Assembly: GCA_015680685.1 (NCBI GenBank)
Contig: MNCI01002855.1
Coordinates: forward strand, 1-64,000
Length of the DNA: 64,000 nucleotides
Reading direction: 5' to 3'
From: Gnetum montanum
Taxonomy: Eukaryota; Plantae; Gnetophyta
Part shown: positions 14,110 to 29,404 of the stretch, piece by piece
Layout: each line of letters begins with the position of its first letter
How positions within the stretch are numbered: position 1 is the stretch's first letter
The notes under the pieces: model-generated
What the model was told of the DNA's origin: nothing
The model's input: the letters and a program-made list of their open reading frames with translations, nothing else
Databases searched by the model: none
Program-made: the position numbers and the translations under genes

Positions 14110-16950
14110 ATGCCTACAGGAAGGAGGACCATCACAACCAAAGGACAAATGGCCCAGAACTGAAAGGGGCCATGAAGAACAAGCTAAGGAGTAGGTAGCA
14201 GAAACTCATGCAACAAGACCTCTTTGGGAGGAGCCTAAAGTGGAATTTATTTGACATATTAATAAAGAAGAGATTGCAACTAAACAATCCCAAAGAGGAT
14301 AGGCATCAACACTTGTACTAAGACTCGAGGTCACATTGACACAAGCTTGGCTAGACATGATTAAGCCTCATGATGTCAAATGCTCAGTTCTCCAAGAGCT
14401 AAACTTTGGACCATTCTTGGAATATGCTCCATCAAAAGTTAAGACACAATTGAAAAGCTCTCCCATGTGGCCAATCATCATGACTAGTGGGGAGTAGTAC
14501 AAGGGAGAGATGTATCTCTTCTGGAATAGTAGGAAGGCAGGAGCCACTATGAGAATCAAGCACATCCAGGTGTCTTACTCAACAAACGCAATTGCGCAGG
14601 CTATTGGCTTGCCTGATTTTGGCAGTCATTTGGCAAAAATATCAATGAAAGCAAACCCTAAGGCAAAAGAAAGTAGACCTAGCAATGTTATAGGGTTGAC
14701 CATAAAAAGTTTGACATGCTCACACCGGTGGAATGTATATACTTCAAGATAGTAGCCTATCACCTCAATTTGATAGTGAGGCCCAACAAGGTGATAACCT
14801 TCTCTGCTCGTGCTTGTGCTGCTCTAAGCAGGAAATTCCCTGTTAACCTTCCATAACTAATCTATCTAGAGATAGACAAGCACTTCAAGGATAATGAACA
14901 TGGAAGGAAAACCCTACTATTTCCATGCCTCATTAGAAAAATTTGTAAATGGGGTAGGGATAGTTCACTACACCAATGATATGATTAAGCATACTCCCAT
15001 TGCCTCTTGATCTAAAATGATGAAGGATAAGATCTCTACCATATCAAAAGAAGAGGAGCATCTATTTCCACCTCCACCACCCACTCAAGAAACAATGCTA
15101 AAGGCTCACATAGCCATTGAACGCTTGCATGAAATCTAAGAGCAACTCTTGTATGAGTGAGAGCAACAAACAAGAACCAATGGTGGTGATCCATCTATAT
15201 ATCGTTCTGCAATAAGTCACCTCGATCAAGTGGCTTGAACAATAAGCTAGATGAAGAGATGTGGGCCAATATTCTTTGCCAAAAGGATGCAATTGCCCAT
15301 GAGGTCAAATCCTAGTGCCTAAGAGGTGACGTTGTCTCTCTCGCAATAATAGCAATTCCCAAAAATCTCTAAGAATGCCAGTACCTTTTCAATGTGCTTG
15401 GAGGAGGGTGAAGGAGCAACTATCTTGGTGATGCAGCACCAAGGGTAGGAGATAGTAGCAAAAGTGATGGCTAACAGAATCGTTGAAGCTTTGAACACAC
15501 CTACAACATCTATACTAGATGTTTCTGCACTAAAAGATGTGCAAACATCTATAAGAACTATGAGTGAAAGACTGAGTGCATCCTAGCATGAAGAATTATT
15601 GGATTGACTGGTGGGAATTGAGTAATCAATTCTAGGTATCTTTGATTTTTTAGATAATATCATCACAACCTAGTTGGAGCTACTTGAAGCAAAGGGCAAG
15701 TGCATCATTTTAAAAGGGCAACTTGAAACAGCTCAAGCAAAAAACCAACACTTGGTCACGGAGGTTGCTAAATTAAGAGCCCATCTTACTAATCCTGCAC
15801 TCCTCAACCTTGCACTTATAAGAAATGAATCTTTTAAACAGCTTCAAGATAGACTCAAACAAGTTCAGGTAAGGATGGTGATGGTCATCTTTAACTAGTC
15901 TATGGTTGAGGCCAAAACATATTTAGTTCAAAAGGGCTTGGTCCAAACACACCAAAAGAATGAGATGTTGATCACAAAAAATCATCACCTATAGAATGTT
16001 GATGTGTAGAAACAACAAATGTAAAAATTCATCCATCAACAATAGAAGCAACTAGCCAGGGTGAACACTAATCTTACAAGATTGGTAGTAGAGAATAGAA
16101 ATCTCTCCATGGAAGAAGTTTGTGCCTTACGTAAAAAATCTACAATTGAGATTACTGCCTAGAAAAATGAGGCTCTTAAATTTAAGAGAGTCAAGAACCA
16201 CTATAGAGATCAGGTTGGCCCATAGAAAGAAGTTAACAAAGGACACATCTAGATGACTAAGGAAAAAGTTAATTAGGCCTTCCAAAAACTCTAGAAAGGA
16301 AAAGAAGTATGGAAACCTATCATTGATGGGATAGATGCCTACAACAAAGCTAAGATCCACATGAAGGAGTTGCAAAAAGAAGAGATGACTGAATACATGG
16401 AGCTTGCCAATCTTAGATATGCAAACCTATCAATGTTGATTGTCAAATGATTGTGGTCAAAGTTAGAAAAATAGATGGCTAGCTCATACGTATTGTATGA
16501 GGTAGAGTTCAAGCACCACAAGGAGACCAATTAAAAGCTTGAGATTGCAAACGCTAAACTCAAAGTTCTAAGGGTAAGATTCATAGATCAAAGATGAACT
16601 ACTAAGAACTTGGCCAAAAGAATGAATGATTACCACGAGCTATAAAATGCAATTAGGGCATTTGACATCGAACAAGAATAGTTTGTCGTCTGGTTTATCA
16701 ATGTCAAGGAGTTATTCCCAACAATGCCCTACCCTTGGGATGTGCCCATTTCGGCCCACATTGGCAAAGTTGCATGGACAATGCATGATCCCACGAGTAA
16801 GGAGGAGAAGATGACAACATTGTTGAATGCTTTCTATCTTTCATTAGAAATTGCAGGAGCAGTAGGATAACCACAATAGCCTCAACCACTGCGTGTGCTT
16901 GAAGCAGGAGAAGGTCCCTTAGAACCTTAGGAACCTTCACCGCTTAGGAC
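14110..16950 (+). pseudogene. Degenerate Athila env-like ORF with C-terminal coiled-coil region
   Basis: Lies between pol/3' spacer and the PPT. Motifs VSYSTNAIAQAIGLP and VNLPxLIYLEI...LLFPCLIRKIC resemble plant retroelement extra ORFs. K/E/Q/L-rich heptads at 15674-16600. Boundaries approximate. Confidence 0.6.
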
Positions 16951-17197
16951 CATTTAATCTTCTCCATCATCTTCATGCCATTAGAAAAGAATGTGTTTGT
17001 CAAATTTTTTCATGGTGATCAATTTTGTAGTCTTGAACACTAGAAAATTTACTGATGATTGTATATCCCTACACTCAAGCACTTAGTGTTGTTTGTGTTT
17101 GTTATGTTTATTGTATGTTTGTCGTCACTTAATAACTCCATACCTTCCCAAATTTGTAGAGAACTTGAGGATGGGTTTTCATTTAATCATGGGGGTA

Positions 17198-18074
17198 TGA
17201 TGAATCATGGATTGGTTGTGTCGACTGGGCCTCATCAACTAGGCCTCGTTGACGCATGATTGGATGCGTTGACGTGACCCCGTCGACATAGTGTTTATTT
17301 TTGCCTATAAATAAATGCAATGGCATGTCTTGTCATAGTTGTAGCGAAGCTCTTACAGTTTATTTTCCACAATGTTAGAATATTTCCCAAGTGCCTACAG
17401 TAGAAGTCATTAAGTGTATGGATCTTTATTCGAGCACTGTTGTACCTAAGCATGGCAGTGTGTGCAGTAATAAAGACGAGCTTTCTGATAAACCTTGAAG
17501 CACTTTGGCTAGATTAAATAGTTTCTTCATGCATTTAATGTTTTCAACAATTTTATTTATTGATTTAAGAAATTAAGTAATTAATTATGGTAAACTAAGC
17601 TATGCTAAACTATATTAAGTAGTAATTAATTAAGCACATAAGTATGATCACTTCAAGCATGCACATGATGCTTGGTAATCCTGGTAACACTTAACATTTG
17701 GTAACTTGACAGTGTTATATGTGTTTAAGATGTGTATGAAATGTGGAACCAAATGCTTATGTTAAGATTAGTTAGATATTGGTTAGTTAGTTAGAGTAAA
17801 TTAGCAATTAAATTACTTCATTTCTTTCATCCTTTATCTTAAGCACCCAACACATAAAACATAAAAATAATAAAAATTATATGCCTTGATTACACTTAAT
17901 GGTACCTTTGCATATCACAAGTGTAATTGGAAAGATAATGAATGACTGTTAGAGCAAGTTCACTTCTTAGAGGCTAGTGTACTAGAAGACATAGAGTCCA
18001 CAAAATTCGACTGGATTGTGCATGAATGCTTAGTGATTAGTATGATTGAGTGTCAAGGTACTCATTGTTCATCA
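17198..18074 (+). mobile_element. Athila-family 3' LTR of the plus-strand element
   Basis: Preceded by PPT-like ATGGGGGTA. TGATGAA...TTCATCA termini, CCTATAAATA near 17304, AATAAAGAC near 17469. Confidence 0.8.
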
Positions 18075-18440
18075 ATTTTTAATTCAAATTCCATGCATTT
18101 CTTTAAAGGTTACAAATGTAAATTCCAATCTAATTGCAAAATCCATAAATGTACTTTTCTAATGCCCAAGGAAATGAAAATGCAATTACTATAGTGCCAT
18201 CCTTAGAATCAACCACTACTCATCCCAAACAAGATAAAAATAAAAATAAAAACAAAAAACAAAAAAATCAAGTGAGAAAATTATTTGTATGCAATGGATG
18301 TCGTTTATCATTCTTATGCCATGTGCTTAACATCAAGCATTATACCTACCACATGTAGAGTTGAATTATTAACTCCAACAATCCATAATTTGGGAATAAT
18401 TTTAAAAATTTAGTATCTATTGATATGCTTTAAATTTCAA

Positions 18441-18600
18441 CCATCATTTGGAGTGAGGGTAATCTGCTTGTTTCTCAAGTTGAAGACCTAGATTTAAGCT
18501 TGGGTGTAACCACTCAAAGAGGTTAGGCTTTCGCTTATCTACCAACCTTCTTAGGAATCACTTAGTGAAATGAGTGTTGTAGCTCTGGGTGATAATCTTT
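18441..18600 (+). mobile_element. tRNA-derived SINE (family 1, Au-like architecture)
   Basis: Homologous to 19903-20072. Degenerate A box (TTGGAGTGAGGGT) and B box, T-tail. Confidence 0.55.
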
Positions 18601-18853
18601 AAAACATCAAACAATTACTTAAGTTCCAACAAAAAACCTTATTCCTCAATGCTCAATGTGGATAAAATCCTATATTTAATGCTTGTATTAGTAAATGAGT
18701 GAAAGGTTAACATTTTTTTGAGTGGTTGTACTCATTCTTGGACCCATGTTTTATTTTTTCTTGAACACATGTAAAACAAGAGGAAAACAATACCACTATT
18801 TACAATAATTTCATTTTTCAAATTCTTGTGCACATACTATACTAGTTCAAGTT

Positions 18854-19745
18854 TGATGAGTGGTGAGGTACCCCTACACTCAACCATACGAAAGACAAGC
18901 GTTCATGCACAATCTGGTCGAACTTCGCAGATAGACTAGTTGTGATATCTAGATAGTTACTCATTGATCGTAGTTTGCTGTCTTCCCACCTAGACTAGTA
19001 TTTGCTTTGTCACATATGATTTAGTCCAGTGTGAGGTGTATGATGTGTTTCCTATCACTATGCTACTCCTAGGGACAATGGAAAATAACTTTGTTTTAAG
19101 CTAAGAGGGAAAGGGAGAAGAGAGTCTAAGCTAGCCTAAGTGCGATAAGCATCCGTCCCTTAATCATCCGTACACATCTTGGACCTCGTGTACTACTGCT
19201 GGGATTACCAAGCGCATGTCCTAGGTACGCTACTAGGATACCAAGTAGTCACACTTAAATGCTCGTGATTAAGTTGTACTAATTCCGCGTTTAATAACAG
19301 GGATAGGAGAGGATGGTAAAGAGATATTAAGTAAGAAAGTAGTAAATAGCAGTTAAACTAAGTGAATGCTACAATGATGAAGTAATCTCAATCTTTATTG
19401 CTAGTCGTGTACATGTCCAAGTACGTCACACTTGAATAAAGGTTCCATACAATTACAAGCATCACACTGTAGGCATGCACTAGAGAAAGGGTTGAGAGGA
19501 AAAAACTGACAAAAAGATCCTACTCTAATACTAACTTCCTATTACTTTCCCACATGCCCAATTGTGTATTTATAGGCTCACACAGGAACCATGATATCGC
19601 GTATCTGATATTGCTAGCCAGGCCGCGATATTGTGTACCCGATATCGAGGGTCTGATATTGGGACTCATCAGATATCAGGGGTCTGATAATAGCACCTAG
19701 TTAACAAGGGTCTGATATTAGCACCTGACAAACCACGATTCATAA
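18854..19745 (-). mobile_element. Athila-family solo LTR ~2.4 kb upstream of APX
   Basis: TGATGAG at 18854 and strong similarity to 5447-6248. The right end is either CTCATCA (19671) or TTCATAA (19745); the latter gives near-TSD AAGTT/AAGTC. Confidence 0.85.
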
Positions 19746-19902
19746 AAGTCATACTTATGCATTGTTATATTCCTTTTTAATTATTCTAAATTATCATGTT
19801 GGTTATATGTTTTTAAGTGTAAGGATAGTGATTCTTTTGGTTTTGAAACCCACATGAGCATACTATAAGGAAATATCAACTAGTTTAGCCTGAAAAATCA
19901 AA

Positions 19903-20072
19903 GGCTACCACTTGGAGTGATGGTAAGGTGCTTGTTTCTCAAGTCGTAAGCCTAGGATTTGAGCTTAGGTGCAACCACTTGAAGGAGGTTAGGCCTTTGA
20001 TTATCCACTACCCTCCCAGGACCCTACCTTAGTGAGATGAACATTAAGCCTCTCGGTGACAATGTTATTTTT
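19903..20072 (+). mobile_element. tRNA-derived SINE (family 1)
   Basis: A-box-like TTGGAGTGATGGTAAG, B-box-like GGATTTGAGCT, 3' ACCCTCCCAGGACCC motif as in Au/RTE-partnered plant SINEs, T-tail. Confidence 0.6.
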
Positions 20073-20087
20073 AGCTTAGAAATTCAT

Positions 20088-20252
20088 AAAAGGATCATCA
20101 CCCAAAGGCTTAATGCTCATGTTGCCAAAGTGAGGTCTGGGAGGGTTTGTGGATGAGTGAAAGGCTAATCTTTTTTAATTAGCTACACCAAGCTTGAATC
20201 CATGTGTTGCAACTTAAGAAATAAGCACTTTACCATCACTCTAAATGATGAT
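20088..20252 (-). mobile_element. tRNA-derived SINE (family 1), inverted copy
   Basis: Reverse complement of 19903-20072, e.g. AAGCACTTTACCATCACTCTAA vs TTGGAGTGATGGTAAGGTGCTT. Confidence 0.6.
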
Positions 20253-20357
20253 TCCTTTAGCTTGAAAAAATCATATTTCTAAAAAACATAAACCAAATTA
20301 CATTATAAAATTCATATGTTATTTGTATGTTATAATAGTAAGGGGTGGGGAGCATTG

Positions 20358-20490
20358 GAGGGGGTGTTGGAACTCAAAATAATTGAAACATAGGTACACC
20401 ACAAGATATGTAGTCCTCATAGAACATCATAAGTTAGCATTGCCCACCAAGATCAAACCCATGACTTACCACTATGCTTAACACCTCATT
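20358..20490 (-). mobile_element. tRNA-derived SINE (family 2)
   Basis: Reverse complement shares the 5' AATGAGGTGTTA..TAGTGGTA and 3' ..AACACCCCCTCC with the copy at 60134-60295. Confidence 0.55.
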
Positions 20491-21134
20491 ATTGTACATT
20501 ACAATAGTAAATGGAAAAAGCCTAAGACAATGATAATGATGTACATTACAAAAGCACTCTTACAATGATTAAAAAATTTGTTGGTAACCAAAAAAAGAGG
20601 GAAAAAAAGAGAGAAAAACTAAGTTTTTTTTGGAAACTAAAAACTAGAAATTTTTATTACATCTAGGAAGTGGCAAATAACTTGTTAGACGCTTACAAAG
20701 CCTCAACATAGTTTTTTAATTAGTGCAAAATTTTCTTGTGTTTAAATTTCAAATAAACATAACATCAAGCTTAGGTAAATGTAAATAAATAATAGTTTAT
20801 TAAATTTGTTAAAATTTGAAATTGAAATACTAAAGAAAAAAATGCTTTATCAAATGTTATGGTTGCGAAAGGTTGAGCTCATTCATTGATAGATATTTTT
20901 TTTTGAGAGGGTGGGGGAAGGGCAGTGTAGTGGAGGTGGGGGGTTGTGTGTGGTCCATTGAAATTGTCTCTGTTGCACCTTAACACTCATGCATGTCCAT
21001 TGTGGCGATTCATGTATCTTCAATGATCTAGGAATATCTGTTTAAATAAAATAAAAAATGACTTTAATTTCAACCAAGCAAATAGAATAATGGTATGCAC
21101 TTCCATTATCAAATGAGAGGTTGAAGGTGTTAAA

Positions 21135-21396
21135 GACCCAGCCATTTATCATATGATAGATTAACCTTTGGTGCATTGACCAACTCCCAAAATTTTTTGG
21201 TAAGGTGGGCATGAGACTTTAAGTAAGGTAAGCATTAGACTATTAGTAATGATCCCTTCCTAAGGTATGTCGTGACCCACCCATTTATTGATATGATAGA
21301 GTAACCTTTACACTGACCTAAAAATGTGTGGTAAGGTGGGCATGAGACTTTAAGGTGAGCATTAGACTAATAGTCTTTGAGTGACGATCCCTTCCT
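21135..21396. repeat. Degenerate tandem duplication (~135 bp x2)
   Basis: GACCCA.CCATTTA...GGTAAGGTGGGCATGAGACTTTAAG...GATCCCTTCCT at ~21135 and ~21274. Confidence 0.8.
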
Positions 21397-21477
21397 ATCT
21401 AACCATGATAGTTGACTTGAAAGTTTCCAGTCATAAGTTTGATTACGGCAAACAACGCTAAATTAAAAAATTCTAAT

Positions 21478-21685
21478 TGAATTATACTGCATGATAATTG
21501 AACTATACATGTATCTATCTTATAATTATTTTGGGGTTCAATCACCAAATGGCAGAGATTTACTGGATTTGCAAAACACTGACCATTGAATTATACTACG
21601 GAAAAATTGGACAATATATATGTGGCTATCGTATAATTATTTTGGGATTCCACCACCAAATGGCGAAGATTTGCTGAATTTGCAT
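21478..21685. repeat. Degenerate tandem duplication (~110 bp x2)
   Basis: TGAATTATACT...TATAATTATTTTGGG.TTC..CACCAAATGGC at ~21478 and ~21587. Confidence 0.75.
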
Positions 21686-21759
21686 GTTGAATGTCAGGGA
21701 AACATTTGTTGTTGATGTCTATATCCCTCGTTACTTGGCCGATAAACATATATTTATGA

Positions 21760-22181
21760 GGACGGATCTGGTCGGGGCGGGATAGAGGAAGCGCAACGGT
21801 CGCGCTTGTGACGGCTGACGTCAATATACGATAAGCCGAAAAAAAAAACCCCCCCAATTCTAAGGTTCAACGTTAAAATGAATGATAGTTCCAACAACCT
21901 CAGCATCAAACCGTAGCCGTCGGATGGCGCGCTAGCTGCCACAGGGCCGTCCGATTGAGTCCACGTTTAACATAATGCAGCAGAGTTCAGTGAAAGAATG
22001 TGTGGCCGCTGTGTTTATCATGACGCCTATTTAAGTCCACGACCAGAGCATAAATAGCTGCTGCAATCTCTAATTTGAGTAGGAGCATTTTTCGTCCTTG
22101 ACAGTGCTTCTGCATTTCCATTGCTTCTGCATTTCCATTTTCATTTGATCGATCTTCAATCATTCAGCCCTGACAGCAGCC
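21760..22181 (+). promoter_or_regulatory. APX proximal promoter / 5' UTR, CpG-rich
   Basis: Abrupt CpG richness relative to the flanks. TGACGTCA palindrome at 21816-21823, a further TGACG at 21809, ACGT-core CCACGT at 21961, TATA-like CCTATTTAAG near 22026. Function of individual motifs is inferred. Confidence 0.5.
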
Positions 22182-24976
<2,795 letters not shown>

Positions 24977-26446
24977 GATGTCTGTTGAAGATCTCTTTGG
25001 AGAAGCTTTTTTGAGGTAGTTGTGCAATTTAGGAATGCGCAAACTTGGCTGTTAATAATTTTATATTTCAGACCAAATGTATTGGATCCCATCTGGATCC
25101 GATGGTTGAACTGTTAAAATCTGGAACTGTTTTAAGGCTGTCCAGATTGGTTATATTCATGTTTCCTGTTAGCATATTTGCTGTTATAGTTAAACCTAAT
25201 TACAGAGTTGATTTCGTTCTTTCTATTGCTGTATGCTCTCATAAATTGCTTTTATTCTAGCTTTCTAGCTTAAGTTGCGTGCCCGTAACAGATTCTTCTC
25301 TGTTTGGACATTTGTTAGACGTTCATATTTGTAATGAAACTGTTGTCCTGGATTCAGCTGCAATAAGAACATATATAATCAACTCGCGTTTTGCTAACGG
25401 ATGAATAAACTGAACTGTAGCTGCTGGCTTGTCATAGGCATCGCTTGTTTCAGAAATTTATGGCGCACACCTTACTAGCCTTGCTAAAAATTTCTATTTC
25501 TTAAGGTTTTCTTAGGTGGATTGAAAATCCTCTCTCTTTATTTGTTTGATGATCCTCCTGCATTGCTACATGTCAACTATGCCTGAACATCTTTATTTGG
25601 TCTAGCATAATCCCAGCCTAATCACCGTATTTTGCAAGTATGAGCTAATTAGAGGTGGCGTTTAGTATCTATGAGGGTTACACTGATGATAGGAGTGCTT
25701 CAGTGCTAATATACCGAATAATTTCTAGCTTGATGCTGAATTAGTTCAGTGGTAAATCAATACACCAATATACATGCAGGAACTCTTTTAAAGCGTAATT
25801 TCTACAGGGAAAGCAGGATTAACCGTGCGGGGTAACATCTCGCAGTTAAACCTAAATCTTTGTTTTAACTAACGTGTAGGTTCGGCACGATGTTAGTTGT
25901 CATTATTTACTGAAGCAAATAGGCATGTTTTGAGATCTTTCCTTAAGTTCGACTTTACTAAATCATCCTAAGCAGCCTTTGTGGTTGGGTTGTATAAAAC
26001 GGTTGGGTTATATTAAACAGAATCCATCTTGTTCTATCATCTAGTGGGCAGTTTGCTCTGCACTTTTAACTTGGACCTGAAATTTTCACCTTTCACGTTG
26101 CGTGAGCATGCAGTTTTAAACTCACTTTGAAATTTGCACCTTGCTACTTACCTTACGACCTTGCGCCAGTCTGCACTCTTTACCTGGTGCAATATGTGTC
26201 AGCGTGTAACTGATGCTGTATTTACGTGAAGGGAAAATTAAGTTGTAATAACTCTCGAGAGAAGAGAGTGGGTATAAAGATAAGCTACATTTACAATGAT
26301 ATATATGATTATCATACGAATGTCATAGGCAGTTTGTTTTTAGGTATCTACCGATTATTTAATGTTATTATTGTTAGAAGGTTTATTTGACTTAATAAGA
26401 TTGATATGTAAATATTATCGGTAGATTTTTCGGTTTCTGCTGATCG

Positions 26447-26702
26447 TTAAGGGTATGGTTTTGTTGCTTGATTATTTAGGGTGTTATGTGTAGCATGATA
26501 TTTGAAGTGATTAAGGGTGTGGTTTTGTTGCTTGATTATTTAGGGTGTTATGTGTAGCATGATATTTGAAGTGATTAAGGGTGTGGTTTTGTTGCTTGAT
26601 TATTTAGGGTGTTATGTGTAGCATGATATTTGAAGTGATTAAGGGTGTGGTTTTGTTGCTTGATTATTTAGGGTGTTATGTGTAGCATGATATTTGAAGT
26701 GT
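26447..26702. repeat. Near-perfect 64-bp tandem repeat x4
   Basis: TTAAGGGTGTGGTTTTGTTGCTTGATTATTTAGGGTGTTATGTGTAGCATGATATTTGAAGTGA at 26447, 26511, 26575 and 26639. Confidence 0.95.
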
Positions 26703-26909
26703 TGACGGTGTAGATTTCAGATAATATTTTGGTTGAAGTTGATTTTATATAGTTTTACCCAAATGAATCTTCAATTTGTGTTGGGTTTACCATTTCTACA
26801 GTATTTTTTTATTCTGGTTGGATTTCTTTATTTGATTACTCTTCTTCGATTCATGAATCTGTGAATTAACTTTTTGAAATAGTCAATATCTACGGACTCA
26901 TGAATCAAC

Positions 26910-28142
26910 CATGCCCAAAAACAATCACAGTTAGTCATAAAACAACCAATCACATGCCCTAAAACAATCACAGTTAGTCATAAAACAATCAATCACAATT
27001 ATAAAACAATACAATCATGGTAGAAGATGTGCTTATGAATTTATTTAGTCATCATGTTATTACAAGTCATAATTCACCTTGTACTTTTTCACTCTATCAA
27101 GATGTGAAATGAAGTTGAAAAGTAGAACACTATCAAGATGTGAAATGAAGTTGAAAAGTAGAAAGAGTCATAATTCACCTTGTACTTTTTCACTCTTCAA
27201 GATGTGAAATGAAGTTGAAAAGTTGAAAGAATCACGGTGGAGAGATGTGATTGTACTTTTTCACTCTTCAAGATGTGAAATGAAGTTGAAAAGTTGAAAG
27301 AATCACGGTGGAGAGATATGATTATAGATTTATATAGTGACAAGTCACAATTCACCTTGTCTTTTTTTAGGAAATCCACTTGTTAATTAGATCTTTTTCC
27401 CTCACACTATCATTATTCTTGGATCTCATGCTTTCAAAAGCAAAAGCAGTTGGAGGGCCTGGCAAATTTTACACTTTTCTATAGATTAAACTAATGTCAA
27501 CATCAATTTTACTTCTCTCTGAATTGTGTACATGGTGGTTACCTTTCCCCTTGTCATTATGAATGTTAAGGTTGCTACCTCTTAGTTTCAGAAGGGAGTT
27601 GTTTCTCTGAGCTATCTTAGATTTGCCAATCAATGGATTTCTTGGGTTGTGTTTAATAATGTGTGGGATGTCTAAAGCAATGCACCATTGCTTGGCTTTG
27701 GGTTTATATCTCATTGCAATTTGCTGTTGGATGTTTTAGTGCACAGTACTTTTCATAGACTTCATAAGATTAATAGGTTGAAATTTCCATCTTATAAGTT
27801 GTATGTCCCTTTTCAACTTTTGCATACCTCATCATGTATTATGTAACAATGTAACAAGGCTTGGCACAAGTAAGCGTCAAAACAATTTTGGATCCCCATC
27901 CTCCAACGTATTTGGAAACTACAGCCTCTCCTTAAAATTAAAGTCTTCTCTGGTGTCCTTTTTCCCTATAACAAGATGTGGAATACAAGATGTGGAATAC
28001 AGTTGAAATGCAGAATCTCCTTAAAATTAAAGTCTTCTCTGGTGTCCTTTCCCTATAACAAGATGTGGAATACAAGATGTGGAATACAGTTGAAATGCAG
28101 AATTTCCCTATAACAAGATGTGGAATAAAGTTGAAATGCAGA
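26910..28142. repeat. Cluster of nested short duplications
   Basis: A 43-bp duplication at 26910-26996. TCAAGATGTGAAATGAAGTTGAAAAGT occurs four times in 27097-27300. A ~90-bp duplication plus partial third copy lies at 27927-28142. Confidence 0.8.
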
Positions 28143-29404
28143 AATAGTTTATGGATGTGAGTCGAGCATGAGTAAGCCTGGTATTTTGGGCAGCGTGATT
28201 TATGATAACGATGAAAAACAATGCGACGACCTTCCGTGCCGTTGTCGCATGCAGTGAAATTTGACCATGGCATTTTTCAACTTAATATTATAAAATCACC
28301 CACCACACTCTCCCGTACGGTTTTCTTCTTCAAATTCTGCAGCGTTGCCGCGTTGAAAAATCGTGGGCACATTTTTGCATTAACTTGACCAAGTGGCCAT
28401 GGCCATGAAAGTAGGGCTATGGCAGGTAAACAATGCTGTCGATGGTGATATTTCTGTCCAGCACGAGATGCAGATGGCCATAGTCTGCTATAACGGCGGA
28501 AATCCATACCATGTGACGAAGCCCTCAATCGATTTTCCAAACTATGAGGGCGTCGGACCTAAAAAAGAAGTTTTATTAAATATTAAAAAAGAGTGTACAT
28601 CAATCACATTAAGTCATAGAGTTAAAGAGAGATTTTCCAAGTCACAGAGTTAAAGAGAGATTTTCCAAACTATGGCACAGGTGGCATAATTGTTGTTGGG
28701 AAAATTTTGAGGCGCTTGAAAACAAGAAACGGAGAAACGGTGAAAACTCAGAATGATAGTAATGGTTGCTGTTGCGTCAAGCAATGAACCATTACTCCAC
28801 TTGGCCGCGATTTGTTATGATGTGCTTGAAGCCACGTGACCATTTTATTTTAATTTTTAAGTGAAACTAATGGTCGCCCATTTGTCATGGGTTTATATCA
28901 TGGGCATAATGACATGAGCATATAAATCACAATCAGTTTGCAAAGATACAATGCTATGGAGATTTTGGTAAACTAATTTTCATAACCAGCTGCTATGGAG
29001 ATTTTAGTAAACTAATTTCCATAACGCGCTGCATATTATTACTTAACATAAAGGCATTTGCTAGCAGGAGAACTCCTTTTCTGGCTAATTAGGGTATTAA
29101 TGGTTTTCTTTGATTTTATTATGTCTATTTTCTTATGCTTATTTGCATAGTTGTTTCTTTTCTGCGCTTGGGCATTCATCCTGCATACTGCTGTCTAAAA
29201 AACAGCAGGTTAAGTTCTTTTTGCAGAGCATGTGAAGGTTGATGATCCAGCAACAAAAGGCAAACACGGTGCAGGCTTCCCAATCTCATTTATATTCATT
29301 TTTGCTGGCTTTCTCAATCCCATTTATATTGAACAGAGTAGTATGACATTAGAATTGAAATTAAAAGTGAAATTTGAAGTTTAAAGTTTCTTAAGAGTAT
29401 GTTG

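Noticed and set aside
21809-21823. as-1 element in the APX promoter
   Set aside because: The two TGACG motifs are 7 bp apart, not the 12 bp of as-1. Kept only as a single C-box-like palindrome. No clear heat-shock element was seen.
26447-26702. Regular repeats suggestive of a CRISPR array or telomeric tract
   Set aside because: Units are contiguous with no unique spacers, the context is eukaryotic, and TTTAGGG occurs only once per 64-bp unit.
27400-27800. Possible coding remnant (81-aa minus-strand ORF)
   Set aside because: No recognisable motif in any frame I translated; cannot be supported without BLASTX.
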